Shown in pieces: positions 9,592 to 17,338 of a stretch of 64,000 nt of DNA. Origin of the DNA: an uncultured Gammaproteobacteria bacterium (GTDB lineage Bacteria > Patescibacteriota > Patescibacteriia > Veblenbacterales > UBA10138); the NCBI GenBank assembly GCA_964348825.1, contig CAYGDX010000003.1:22184-86183 (forward strand). Reading direction: 5' to 3'. The translations under genes and the position numbers were made by a program. The stretch's first letter is position 1. Each line of letters starts with the position of its first letter. A model generated the notes under the pieces. It had not been told where the DNA came from. It was given only the letters and a program-made list of their open reading frames with translations, and did not search any database.

Positions 9592-10110
9592 ATGAATATC
9601 ACCTCTCTAAATTATTTCAAAAAAATCCATTTAATTCTAGTGGGTTTAAATAAAGCTGGCTTTGACCTTTTTAAAAAAGAATTTAGTGGATCGGTAACGT
9701 TCTGCCACAATTATGTTGATGGAATAAAAGCTGTGATAGAAGCTCCTAGTCCTAAAATATTGCTCATTGAATGGGGTATTCCATATCAAAATGGTACTCC
9801 TGAGGTTAGTCCAGCGTTATCATTATTATTGGCAAATGAAGCTAAAGATTACGGATTAACAGATGTTATTATTTGTTTAACCAAGGAAAACCTTAAACGT
9901 TGGAGCCCCGTCGTAAAAAAATACAATAATAATAATTGTGGCGTATTAGACCAATACACTGTAACTTCGGTAATTTCTGAAACAGCCACCACTGAAGTAA
10001 CAATAATGGAATTACCAACCTGCACCCGCGGCGATCAAGCCCCGATGTTTCCAGAAGCTACTGATTGGAAAACGTTGTTGGAAAATTATTTAAAATATAC
10101 TAACAACTAA
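9592..10110 (+). CDS. Second receiver-like domain protein (phospho-site Asp replaced by Glu) with a C-terminal extension
   Basis: IHLILVG...PKILLIEWGIPYQNG...VIICLTKEN resembles the REC fold; 172 aa. Confidence 0.4.
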   Translation: MNITSLNYFKKIHLILVGLNKAGFDLFKKEFSGSVTFCHNYVDGIKAVIEAPSPKILLIEWGIPYQNGTPEVSPALSLLLANEAKDYGLTDVIICLTKENLKRWSPVVKKYNNNNCGVLDQYTVTSVISETATTEVTIMELPTCTRGDQAPMFPEATDWKTLLENYLKYTNN

Positions 10111-10134
10111 CGAAAAAACAATTTCTTATCTTAT

Positions 10135-10168
10135 ACGTCACGAGCTTACACTTGTGACGTTTTTTTAT
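10135..10168 (+). terminator. Rho-independent terminator after the 8984-10110 unit
   Basis: acgtcacgag-cttacact-tgtgacgt hairpin followed by T7. Confidence 0.6.
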
Positions 10169-10171
10169 TTA

Positions 10172-10212
10172 TCTAAAAATAAAAATCCGTCGCTGTTTTA
10201 CCAGCGGCGGAT
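10172..10212 (-). terminator. Rho-independent terminator for minus-strand gene 10235..10552
   Basis: atccgtcgctg-ttttacc-agcggcggat hairpin; the minus strand is followed by tttattttt. Confidence 0.5.
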
Positions 10213-10234
10213 ATGATAATATTTTTAGTTGTTT

Positions 10235-10552
10235 TTATACATTTGAGAAAATCTCTACCGCTCTATTAATCGTCCCCTTAACCAGAAAAAATGGCGCATC
10301 CATAGATTCAATTGTGAAACAAATAATACCCCACAAATCATCTATTGATGGAAACAACAATGAATTACCAAATATACCAATTTTCGTTAGATAATCATTT
10401 AAACTTTCTATTGCTCCGAATAAAATCCTATTATCTATAATGGACTCTTTGCTAAATTGCAAACCAGTTCCATCCACATAAAATATTGGTTTTTTGTTGT
10501 TAAAAATAATTAAAAATACGTGTTTAATCTTTTTGCCCTCAAACTCTACCAT
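10235..10552 (-). CDS. Hypothetical protein, possibly Roadblock/LC7-like
   Basis: 105 aa; weak resemblance only. A 49-aa ORF (about 10653..10802, minus strand) plus a short frame-shifted piece lies just upstream, so the locus may be a disrupted gene. Confidence 0.3.
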   Translation of the reverse strand: MVEFEGKKIKHVFLIIFNNKKPIFYVDGTGLQFSKESIIDNRILFGAIESLNDYLTKIGIFGNSLLFPSIDDLWGIICFTIESMDAPFFLVKGTINRAVEIFSNV

Positions 10553-10919
10553 AATTTGAACTGGTTGAATTGAACTATTTTTTAGCGGAAGATTAAACTT
10601 TTTTGATATAGAATGCGCTAGAATAAATGTTGATATGTCGCAAAGTCATTTTGGAAAAACAACTACTCCACTAAGCAAACCATGAATATCTTTAAGTTGT
10701 TGGTTATGATTATCATTAATCTTTTCTAAAAAATCGGATAAATCTTTTATCAATGCGGAATGATCTACCACCCCTACTAATACCTGTTCCATTATTAACT
10801 CCCAATTTATAATTATTGTTAGAGAACTTTTTTATTTTGATAAAATATTAACTCAAATACCCATTTATGTCAAACAAAAAAACACCACCTAAAAAAGGTA
10901 GTGGTTTTTGTAAAAAATA

Positions 10920-11786
10920 TTATTTATAATGCGCGTAGCCGATTATTTTGTAAGCCAATTTTGTCACCAAAAAATCTCCAGCCGGTTGCCCAGCGATTGG
11001 CGCGAGCTCCACCACATCGGCTCCCACAATTTTACTTTGCTTTGTAACTGCCCGAATTAATTCTACAACTTTATACCAATCCAGTCCGCCCGGTTCTGGT
11101 GTGCCAGTACCTGGTACAAAACTGGGATCAAAACCATCCACATCAACCGTAATAAAAACTTGATTAGTTAAAGTTTTAAGTATTTTATCAATTGGTACTT
11201 CGGGTGCTTGAAAAATCCTACTGCCGAGACCGGCTTTTTTGATAAAACTAATTTCTTCTTCACAAGTTGAACGAATGCCAACCGCCGTAACCGGTACACC
11301 TAAATCATACACTCGGCGCATGGCGCAGGCATGGCTCCACTTCGTACCTTGATATTCATCACGCAAATCAGTATGCGCATCAATTTGAAGCACTGATAAA
11401 TTTTTATATTTATTTTTAAAAGCCGCCACCACGCCAGGTGTAATAGAATGCTCGCCACCTAAAACTAACGGCCATTTACCTGACTTTAAAATTCCTACTA
11501 CTGTATCTTGAAGTCGCTTAACATTACTTTCGGGACCACTCATATCGGGCTCAAATTCAGGAAAAGTAAAAAATCCCAAGCGCGAAACGTCTTTATTCAA
11601 TTCACTGTCCCACAATTCCAAGTGTCTAGAGGCCTCTATAATCGCGCTAGGGCCACGCGACGTGCCTCCACCATAAGTTGTAGTGGATTCATAAGGCACA
11701 GGCAAAATAGCGACTTTGGCTTTAGCCCAAGGCACTTCTGGCAACCCGCCGAAATTAAAGGGCTCTTTGGAATGTTTTAGTTTCAT
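10920..11786 (-). CDS. speB: Agmatinase (arginase/ureohydrolase family)
   Basis: Mn-binding motifs GGEHSIT, DAHTDL, DVDGFDPSFVPGTGTPEPGG. Adjacent to an arginine decarboxylase gene. Confidence 0.75.
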   Translation of the reverse strand: MKLKHSKEPFNFGGLPEVPWAKAKVAILPVPYESTTTYGGGTSRGPSAIIEASRHLELWDSELNKDVSRLGFFTFPEFEPDMSGPESNVKRLQDTVVGILKSGKWPLVLGGEHSITPGVVAAFKNKYKNLSVLQIDAHTDLRDEYQGTKWSHACAMRRVYDLGVPVTAVGIRSTCEEEISFIKKAGLGSRIFQAPEVPIDKILKTLTNQVFITVDVDGFDPSFVPGTGTPEPGGLDWYKVVELIRAVTKQSKIVGADVVELAPIAGQPAGDFLVTKLAYKIIGYAHYK

Positions 11787-11830
11787 AAATTAGTTAGAAG
11801 TTACTAGTCAATAGTTCAAAGTTTAAATTT

Positions 11831-11908
11831 CATTAGAACATTAGATCATTAGAACAAAAAAACAAAAAATTGATAAAGTGTTCTACTGTTCTAGGGTTCT
11901 AGTGGTGT
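11831..11908. promoter_or_regulatory. Palindromic 9-mer array element (3x cattagaac-like, AT-rich centre, 3x gttcta-like) upstream of speB
   Basis: cattagaacattagatcattagaac-aaaaaaacaaaaaattgataaa-gtgttctactgttctagggttctagtg. Same architecture recurs at 16748, 34252, 36741 and 59566. Confidence 0.6.
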
Positions 11909-11910
11909 TA

Positions 11911-11958
11911 AAATTTCAGAGATTGCCATGCTCGTCTCGCGACTCGCTCGCAATGACG
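11911..11958. repeat. Gene-3'-end repeat (agagattgcc...caatgacg family), copy A
   Basis: aaatttcagagattgccatgctcgtctcgcgactcgctcgcaatgacg sits immediately 3' of minus-strand gene 11960..12274. Homologous copies at 19191 and 20793. Confidence 0.55.
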
Positions 11959-11959
11959 A

Positions 11960-12274
11960 TTATTTAATAATCATAAACTTCAATAACAAAATCACTGCCA
12001 TAAACCCCACCAGAAAACCTAGCGTCATAAATAACAATTTTATACTTTCTTTTTTCTGCCCATCAATGTACCACATCACTGGCCGACCAAAAATCAAACT
12101 GCCCACCATCGCCACTGAAACAACTAGCAAAGTTAAAAATGTAATCGGCGCCCACAATGTTTTTTCATTACCAACCAAATTCTCAGCCTGCATCATAAAC
12201 CAACTAACTAGCGCCACATAAACCAAAACCCCAAGGGCCTGTAAAAAGCTATAACGAATTAATTTTTTATCCAT
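11960..12274 (-). CDS. Small membrane protein (104 aa, about 3 TM helices)
   Basis: Hydrophobic ORF between speB and speA on the same strand. Confidence 0.45.
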   Translation of the reverse strand: MDKKLIRYSFLQALGVLVYVALVSWFMMQAENLVGNEKTLWAPITFLTLLVVSVAMVGSLIFGRPVMWYIDGQKKESIKLLFMTLGFLVGFMAVILLLKFMIIK

Positions 12275-12336
12275 AAAATTATAATTAATTTAAAATTTAC
12301 AATCTTTAATTTCTTAACTAACTTATCTTAAATATA

Positions 12337-13704
12337 TTACCAACCAAATTGCTTACCCACTTCTTCTGCCGTCTCTCGCTTACGTGCCACGGTAATAATA
12401 CCATTTTGCACAATAATTTTAGTCGGCGAAGATAACATACAATGGTATGAAGATAACGCATCTTGATAAGCACCCGTATCAAAAATAGCTAAATATTGTT
12501 GCTGACCAACTTCTAAATCCTCTAATCTGGGTAATAAAATATAACTTCCACCATTAGTATATTTATCATCTGAATCACAAGAAAGCCCAGCCAACCACAC
12601 CCGTGATAATTTTTTAGCGTCTAAATTATTCACTGGCACAATATGCCATTTTTGATGAATCGCCCATGTATCTTTTAAATCATTCATAAAACTACCATCT
12701 ACCACATACCATTTTTTCACCATCGCTCCATTATTAATTTCTTTTTCTGAAAGTACGCGATAAATAGTTACTTGTGCCGGCGCCACCAAATAACTTCCCC
12801 ATTCCACTAAGATATCAGGGTGCGGAATATTAGCCCGATCACAAGCCTTCTGAATATTTTTTAAAATACTTTTTATCACACCTTCAGTTGAAAACAATGG
12901 CTTCTTTTCAAATGGCACTGGCATACCACCGCCAATATCAATCATATCCAAACTCGGATGCATCTTTTTAAGCTTAATATAAAGATCCATGGCTTTTTTA
13001 AGTGGCGCTGTAATATCCTCTTGATATTCTAGTTGTTTAGAAGTGTGATAATGTAAAAGTTTTAAATTACGAATCCGGCCAAAAGATAAAATTTCCTCAG
13101 CCGTTAAACCAAAGCGATTAAATTTTTTATCCCAATGACCATGCACTTTTACTTGTGTATCTAAACGAATACCAACATCGCCCCTGTAAGTTGAAAGCGC
13201 GGCCAATTCAAATTTATCTTCAATAATTGGAGTAATGGCCAAACCCTTGTCACGCAATTCAAAAATCAAAGCTAAATACTGGTTAGTTTTTGGACCATTA
13301 CAAATTACCCGTATTTTACTAGAAAATTGTTCTTGTTCCCACAATTTTTTTACAATCCATAATTCATTGGCACTCGTTACCTCTAAATTTCCTCCTTCGG
13401 AAATAATTGGTAAAATAAATTCCTTATTTTGACTAGCTTTCATCGGGTAATGATAAAAAAACTTGCCACGATAGCGGTAAGCTCTTATCCATTTATTAAA
13501 CAGTTGGATCAAATCACTTAAACGCTGCTCCACTACAAAAGGCAAGGCCACTTCCAAAGAACTGCCGAATTTTTTTACTAAATCAAATAAATTATATTGG
13601 TAATTACCCTCCCGCACCACGAGTTCACCATCGCGATTAATATCAAAAAAATCCGTATTAACATCGGCTCGACCTAATTTCCAAAACTGATAATATTTTT
13701 TCAT
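12337..13704 (-). CDS. speA: PLP-dependent arginine decarboxylase-like enzyme (Orn/DAP/Arg decarboxylase fold III)
   Basis: YHYPMKASQN (Lys-binding region), DIGGGMPVPF, and the C-terminal GLSCDSDDK motif characteristic of SpeA-type enzymes. Next to agmatinase. Confidence 0.6.
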   Translation of the reverse strand: MKKYYQFWKLGRADVNTDFFDINRDGELVVREGNYQYNLFDLVKKFGSSLEVALPFVVEQRLSDLIQLFNKWIRAYRYRGKFFYHYPMKASQNKEFILPIISEGGNLEVTSANELWIVKKLWEQEQFSSKIRVICNGPKTNQYLALIFELRDKGLAITPIIEDKFELAALSTYRGDVGIRLDTQVKVHGHWDKKFNRFGLTAEEILSFGRIRNLKLLHYHTSKQLEYQEDITAPLKKAMDLYIKLKKMHPSLDMIDIGGGMPVPFEKKPLFSTEGVIKSILKNIQKACDRANIPHPDILVEWGSYLVAPAQVTIYRVLSEKEINNGAMVKKWYVVDGSFMNDLKDTWAIHQKWHIVPVNNLDAKKLSRVWLAGLSCDSDDKYTNGGSYILLPRLEDLEVGQQQYLAIFDTGAYQDALSSYHCMLSSPTKIIVQNGIITVARKRETAEEVGKQFGW

Positions 13705-13709
13705 TGCTT

Positions 13710-14117
13710 TTATTCCAAAGGATTATTATCAGATAAATCAACTGTTGTATCTTTATCTTTTCTAAATTTACGCGCCTTACTTTCAATTTTACCTTTCACT
13801 CGCGCGATTAAGCGTTCTAATTTTGGTACCAGCAAATCAATTGCGGCGTGCATATCGTGGGCGCTAACCTCAACACTAATATCTGGCCCCGGCACTTCAA
13901 GCTTTGCTTCCACGCCGTAAATCTCGCCTGACTTTTGATTTTTTTGAACACCAAGTTCCACTCGAGCCCGAATAATTTTTTTCCAAAATTTTCCAAGCCT
14001 CCCCACCTTTTCTTCTACATACGTTTTAAGTGAAGGCGTGAGTTTAAAATTTTTTCCACTGATGATGATGTCCATAAAAATTTTGTAAGAATAATAGTTT
14101 AGAGCTGTGCCCCGCAC
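13710..14117 (-). CDS. hpf: Ribosome hibernation promoting factor (HPF/RaiA, S30EA family). The true start is probably the internal Met near 14075.
   Basis: MDIIISGKNFKLTPSLKTYVEEKVGRLGKF...EVSAHDMHAAIDLLVPKLERLI is typical HPF. Confidence 0.7.
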   Translation of the reverse strand: MRGTALNYYSYKIFMDIIISGKNFKLTPSLKTYVEEKVGRLGKFWKKIIRARVELGVQKNQKSGEIYGVEAKLEVPGPDISVEVSAHDMHAAIDLLVPKLERLIARVKGKIESKARKFRKDKDTTVDLSDNNPLE

Positions 14118-14147
14118 TGTTCCCGCCTAAGCGAAATCTAGTGCGTG

Positions 14148-14279
14148 GGTAAGAGTTGCTCGCCCCGCGTAGCTCTCGCCGTCGCGTAGCCGCTATGGCG
14201 GAGCACGGTTAGCGAAGTGGGGTCATTCCCGCGGCTTGTCCTGCCGTAGTCTTAACGAAGGAGGAAGGCGGGAATCCAG
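14148..14279. repeat. GC-rich ~130-nt element shared with 56021-56106 (reverse complement). Contains a gtcattcccgc...gcgggaatccag hairpin of the GGATTC/GAATGAC family.
   Basis: gtaagagttgctcgccccgcgtagc...gcgaagtggggtcattcccgc..gcgggaatccag matches rc(56021-56106) gtaagaattgctcgccccacgtagc..gcgaagtggggtcattcccgc..gcgggaatccag. Confidence 0.55.
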
Positions 14280-14456
14280 AAAATAATAATCCGAAAATTT
14301 AAAGTATAGTAAAGTATAAGACGATTTTAACTATAAGGAATATTCATCCAAAACGCAAGCCCTGTGGAAAACTTGACTAAGGTAAGTTCAAAGTAGTAAG
14401 GTAGAAGCAGAAAAAACCTAAAACAACATAGTATTTTTAACAAAAAGGATAATACA

Positions 14457-15500
14457 ATGCTTAAATTATTCAGTGGAAGATCTAACCCAACATTTGCTGC
14501 TAATATGGCTCTTCATCTGCAAACTAATTACAGTCAAGATTATAAAGGGGCACTTGATATTCAAAATTTTTCCGACGGAGAAATATTTCCCTCTTTTCCC
14601 GAAAGTGTTCGTGGTAATATAGTTGCTATATTACAATCAACACATTCCAAATACAGCGGAGCCAACAATATATTAGAATTGTTACTAGCTGTCGATGCCG
14701 CTAAACGATCATCAGCCCAAAAAATATTTTGTGTTATGCCATATTTTGGTTACGCACGGCAAGACAGAAGAGATAAACCCGGTGTACCTATTAGCGCAAA
14801 GTTAATAGCTAATTTATTAACAAAGGCTGGTGCGGATCGCATTATCACATTGGATTTACACTCACCGCAAATTCAAGGATTTTTTGATATACCGTGCGAT
14901 GTTCTTTATGCTTCATATATAATGCTCCCATTTCTCCGGAAACAATCTTTTCCCAATCTAACAATTTGGGCGCCAGATAAGGGTGCGGAAAAAATGGCAC
15001 GTTTTTGGGCTAAAAAACTCGGTGCTATTGTTAAAAAAAGTCATCAAAATGATCCAGTTGAAGAAAAAAACTTCTTTGTTACTGCCGAAAAACGCCGCCC
15101 CAAACCTGATGTGGTTGAGATTGTTAAAGTTGATGGCGATGAGAATGGGAGCAATCCATTAATTAATGGTCGCACAGTGCTTATAGTAGATGATGTTGCT
15201 AGCACATTTGGCACTATTAAAGCATCAGTAAATGCGGCTTATGATCGCGGCGCCTCAGCAGTTTATGGTTGCTGTATTCATCCATTACTTGACGGGCCTG
15301 CACCAGATATACTTGGTAATTCAAAAATCGTCAAACTATATACTACAAATACTATTCCTCTGGACACAAAGCAAACAAAAATGATGCAAAAAATAGAGGA
15401 AGTTGACGTATCGGGACTTTTAGCCGAAGCCACTATACGTGCCGCTAACAATCAATCAATAAGCGCGCTTTATGAAGACAGAGAAGAATTAGTAAGATAA
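14457..15500 (+). CDS. prs: Ribose-phosphate pyrophosphokinase (PRPP synthetase)
   Basis: KLFSGRSNPTFAANMA, FSDGE, YFGYARQDRR and DLHSPQIQGFFDIP motifs. Shine-Dalgarno AAAGGA upstream. Confidence 0.9.
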   Translation: MLKLFSGRSNPTFAANMALHLQTNYSQDYKGALDIQNFSDGEIFPSFPESVRGNIVAILQSTHSKYSGANNILELLLAVDAAKRSSAQKIFCVMPYFGYARQDRRDKPGVPISAKLIANLLTKAGADRIITLDLHSPQIQGFFDIPCDVLYASYIMLPFLRKQSFPNLTIWAPDKGAEKMARFWAKKLGAIVKKSHQNDPVEEKNFFVTAEKRRPKPDVVEIVKVDGDENGSNPLINGRTVLIVDDVASTFGTIKASVNAAYDRGASAVYGCCIHPLLDGPAPDILGNSKIVKLYTTNTIPLDTKQTKMMQKIEEVDVSGLLAEATIRAANNQSISALYEDREELVR

Positions 15501-15521
15501 ACAACAAAATAATTAAAATCC

Positions 15522-15560
15522 AAGGAACGTGTCAATATGAACGTTCCTTTTTTATTTTTC
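15522..15560 (+). terminator. Rho-independent terminator of prs
   Basis: aaggaacgt-gtcaatatga-acgttcctt followed by ttttatttttcc. Confidence 0.7.
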
Positions 15561-15657
15561 CAAAATACTATTACACATACACAGTTTATGATTCTGAACG
15601 AAACGAAGTGTAGTGAAGAATCTCTAAGATTCTTCGCTCTTTTGTGATTTTTAGTTA

Positions 15658-15693
15658 TTATCTAATTATGTCCACCCGGACATAATTAGATAA
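15658..15693. terminator. 16-bp perfect hairpin (ttatctaattatgtcc-accc-ggacataattagataa) between convergent prs and murB; candidate bidirectional terminator
   Basis: Perfect inverted repeat sharing the core tgtccNNNcggaca with the hairpins at 18788 and 39886. Lies between convergent genes. Confidence 0.4.
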
Positions 15694-15740
15694 TAGATTA
15701 ATTTAACATTCCACCTTATTTCACTTGGCATGACACCCAA

Positions 15741-16712
15741 CTAGAACCCAATATACCTCACCTCGTCTTGCAACTGTATCCCAAATTGATCCCGCACTTG
15801 TTGTTTAATAAAAGAAATCAGCATCACTACATCCTCGGCTTTAGCTCCACCAACATTTACAATGTAATTAGCATGCTTATCGGAAACTTGCGCTCCGCCA
15901 ATGGTTTTGCCTTTCAGCCCCGCCCGATCAATCAACCAACTGCTTGGTAATTGTCCTTTTTGTATAAACTCCTCAATTTTTTCCTCACCGGCGAATTTAG
16001 TTCGCACTTCATCGGCATTGGTAATTGCTGAATTCATAAAAATACAACCTGAAGATGGCACGTTGTACGGTTGATTACGCCGCGCGTCAATATATTTTTT
16101 CATTAATTCTTTACTCACGCCCGACTCATCTTTTTTTAATTCAAAAACCACTTGTAAAATAACGTCATGATTTCTCTTAAAAATTGATTGGCGATAACCA
16201 AACTCGCATTCAGCTTTACTTAATTTAACCACCTTATCATCACGACACACCACTACTTCTTTTATAAAGTCACCAATAAAACCATTTTTAATTTGTGGAA
16301 TACCAGCATTACCGTAAACTGCACCTCCCACCGTACCCGGTACAGCTACTAGCGGTTCAAGCCCAGTGAGGCCAGCCGCAATAACTTTTTGCACTAAAAA
16401 TCCTAAATTCACACCGGCGTCAGAATTAACTTGCTCACCTTCAACTGACCACTGATTATTACGCGCTTCAATTACCAAACCATCAAAGCCCTTATCCGAT
16501 ACTAAAACATTGGAACCACCACCTAAAATCAAAAACGGTAATTTTAATTCATCAGCCACTTGAATAGCGCGCGTGAGTTCGTTGGTACTGCGCGCCACAA
16601 AAAAATATTTGGCTGGCCCACCAATTTTAAAATTAGTATGAGCTGATAGTGGCTCAGCCATTTTAACCAAGTCGCCGAGGTTTGTTTTAAGTTCAGAGAA
16701 TATGTCAGACAT
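15741..16712 (-). CDS. murB: UDP-N-acetylenolpyruvoylglucosamine reductase MurB
   Basis: FAD-binding N-terminus FKIGGPAKYFFVARSTNEL...LGGGSNVLV, 323 aa. Confidence 0.9.
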   Translation of the reverse strand: MSDIFSELKTNLGDLVKMAEPLSAHTNFKIGGPAKYFFVARSTNELTRAIQVADELKLPFLILGGGSNVLVSDKGFDGLVIEARNNQWSVEGEQVNSDAGVNLGFLVQKVIAAGLTGLEPLVAVPGTVGGAVYGNAGIPQIKNGFIGDFIKEVVVCRDDKVVKLSKAECEFGYRQSIFKRNHDVILQVVFELKKDESGVSKELMKKYIDARRNQPYNVPSSGCIFMNSAITNADEVRTKFAGEEKIEEFIQKGQLPSSWLIDRAGLKGKTIGGAQVSDKHANYIVNVGGAKAEDVVMLISFIKQQVRDQFGIQLQDEVRYIGF

Positions 16713-16747
16713 TGGTTAGTAAGAGTAAGGGGATCAATTATTTATCA

Positions 16748-16846
16748 CTTGAACATTAGATCACTAGAGCATTAGAACAATAGAAAAACTTTGGTGTATA
16801 ATAATGTTCTAATGCTTAAGTGTTCTAGTGATAAAGTGAACGATAA
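16748..16846. promoter_or_regulatory. Palindromic 9-mer array element upstream of murB (cattaga-c repeats, AT-rich centre with tggtgtataat, then gttctaatg.. repeats)
   Basis: cattagatcactagagcattagaac-aatagaaaaactttggtgtataataat-gttctaatgcttaagtgttctagtg. Lies 35 nt upstream of the murB start. Confidence 0.6.
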
Positions 16847-17085
16847 ATCTACTTATTCCAGCTTACCATCCCCCTTAATTCTGGTAAATCCGTTAAATTA
16901 TCTAAAAATCCTTTAAATCTTATATTTTTACCAAAATAAGTCAATTATAAATAATTAATTTATGCTAATATTAGCCAAAATATTATATTTATTGTTCCAC
17001 AATCATTGACAAAATCTACTATCCGCGCTATCATAGAGTGTTAACAATTTAAAACCAATTTTCGTTCCTAATGCTTGGGGCGCGG

Positions 17086-17210
17086 AAAAGGGTGTTTATA
17101 GTGAGTTAGATTAATTTCAAGCATGCCTTTTTAGGCAAAACGGATGCCGCAGTTGAATATACGGATGACGAATGCTGAATCTGACACACTATAAACACCT
17201 TTTTTAAATA
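17086..17210 (+). ncRNA. Candidate small RNA: ~17-bp closing stem enclosing a ~80-nt GC-rich interior, ending in a U-tract
   Basis: aaaagggtgtttatagtg (17086-17103) pairs with cactataaacacctttt (17186-17202), followed by ttttttaaat. The interior is GC-rich and protein-free. No family recognised. Confidence 0.35.
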
Positions 17211-17239
17211 AAAAAATCAATAACATAAACAAAAAAAAT

Positions 17240-17338
17240 ATGGAAAATTTACTTATCGCAATGGCAATCAGCTTGTTTTTTACAGCTGTTGCTCAGCTCG
17301 ACAAATTGAATCGAGAAATAAAATACCGACATTTATAA
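17240..17338 (+). CDS. Possible 32-aa hydrophobic micro-protein
   Basis: ATG..TAA ORF translating as MENLLIAMAISLFFTAVAQLDKLNREIKYRHL. Below the ORF-track length cut-off; no Shine-Dalgarno. Confidence 0.2.
   Translation: MENLLIAMAISLFFTAVAQLDKLNREIKYRHL

Noticed and set aside
11928-12221. ORFs 11928..12221 (+) and 19203..19388 (+) starting inside the 3'-end repeat
   Set aside because: Their starts (ATG/TTG) are part of the repeat sequence, and they run antisense through well-supported genes (the small membrane protein and murC).
17086-17210. Possibility that the closing-stem element is SRP (4.5S) or 6S RNA
   Set aside because: I could not locate the domain IV GNRA tetraloop with AGCAGCC/GGCAGAUGA symmetric-loop motifs, nor a 6S-style central bubble. 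I keep it only as an unclassified candidate sRNA.
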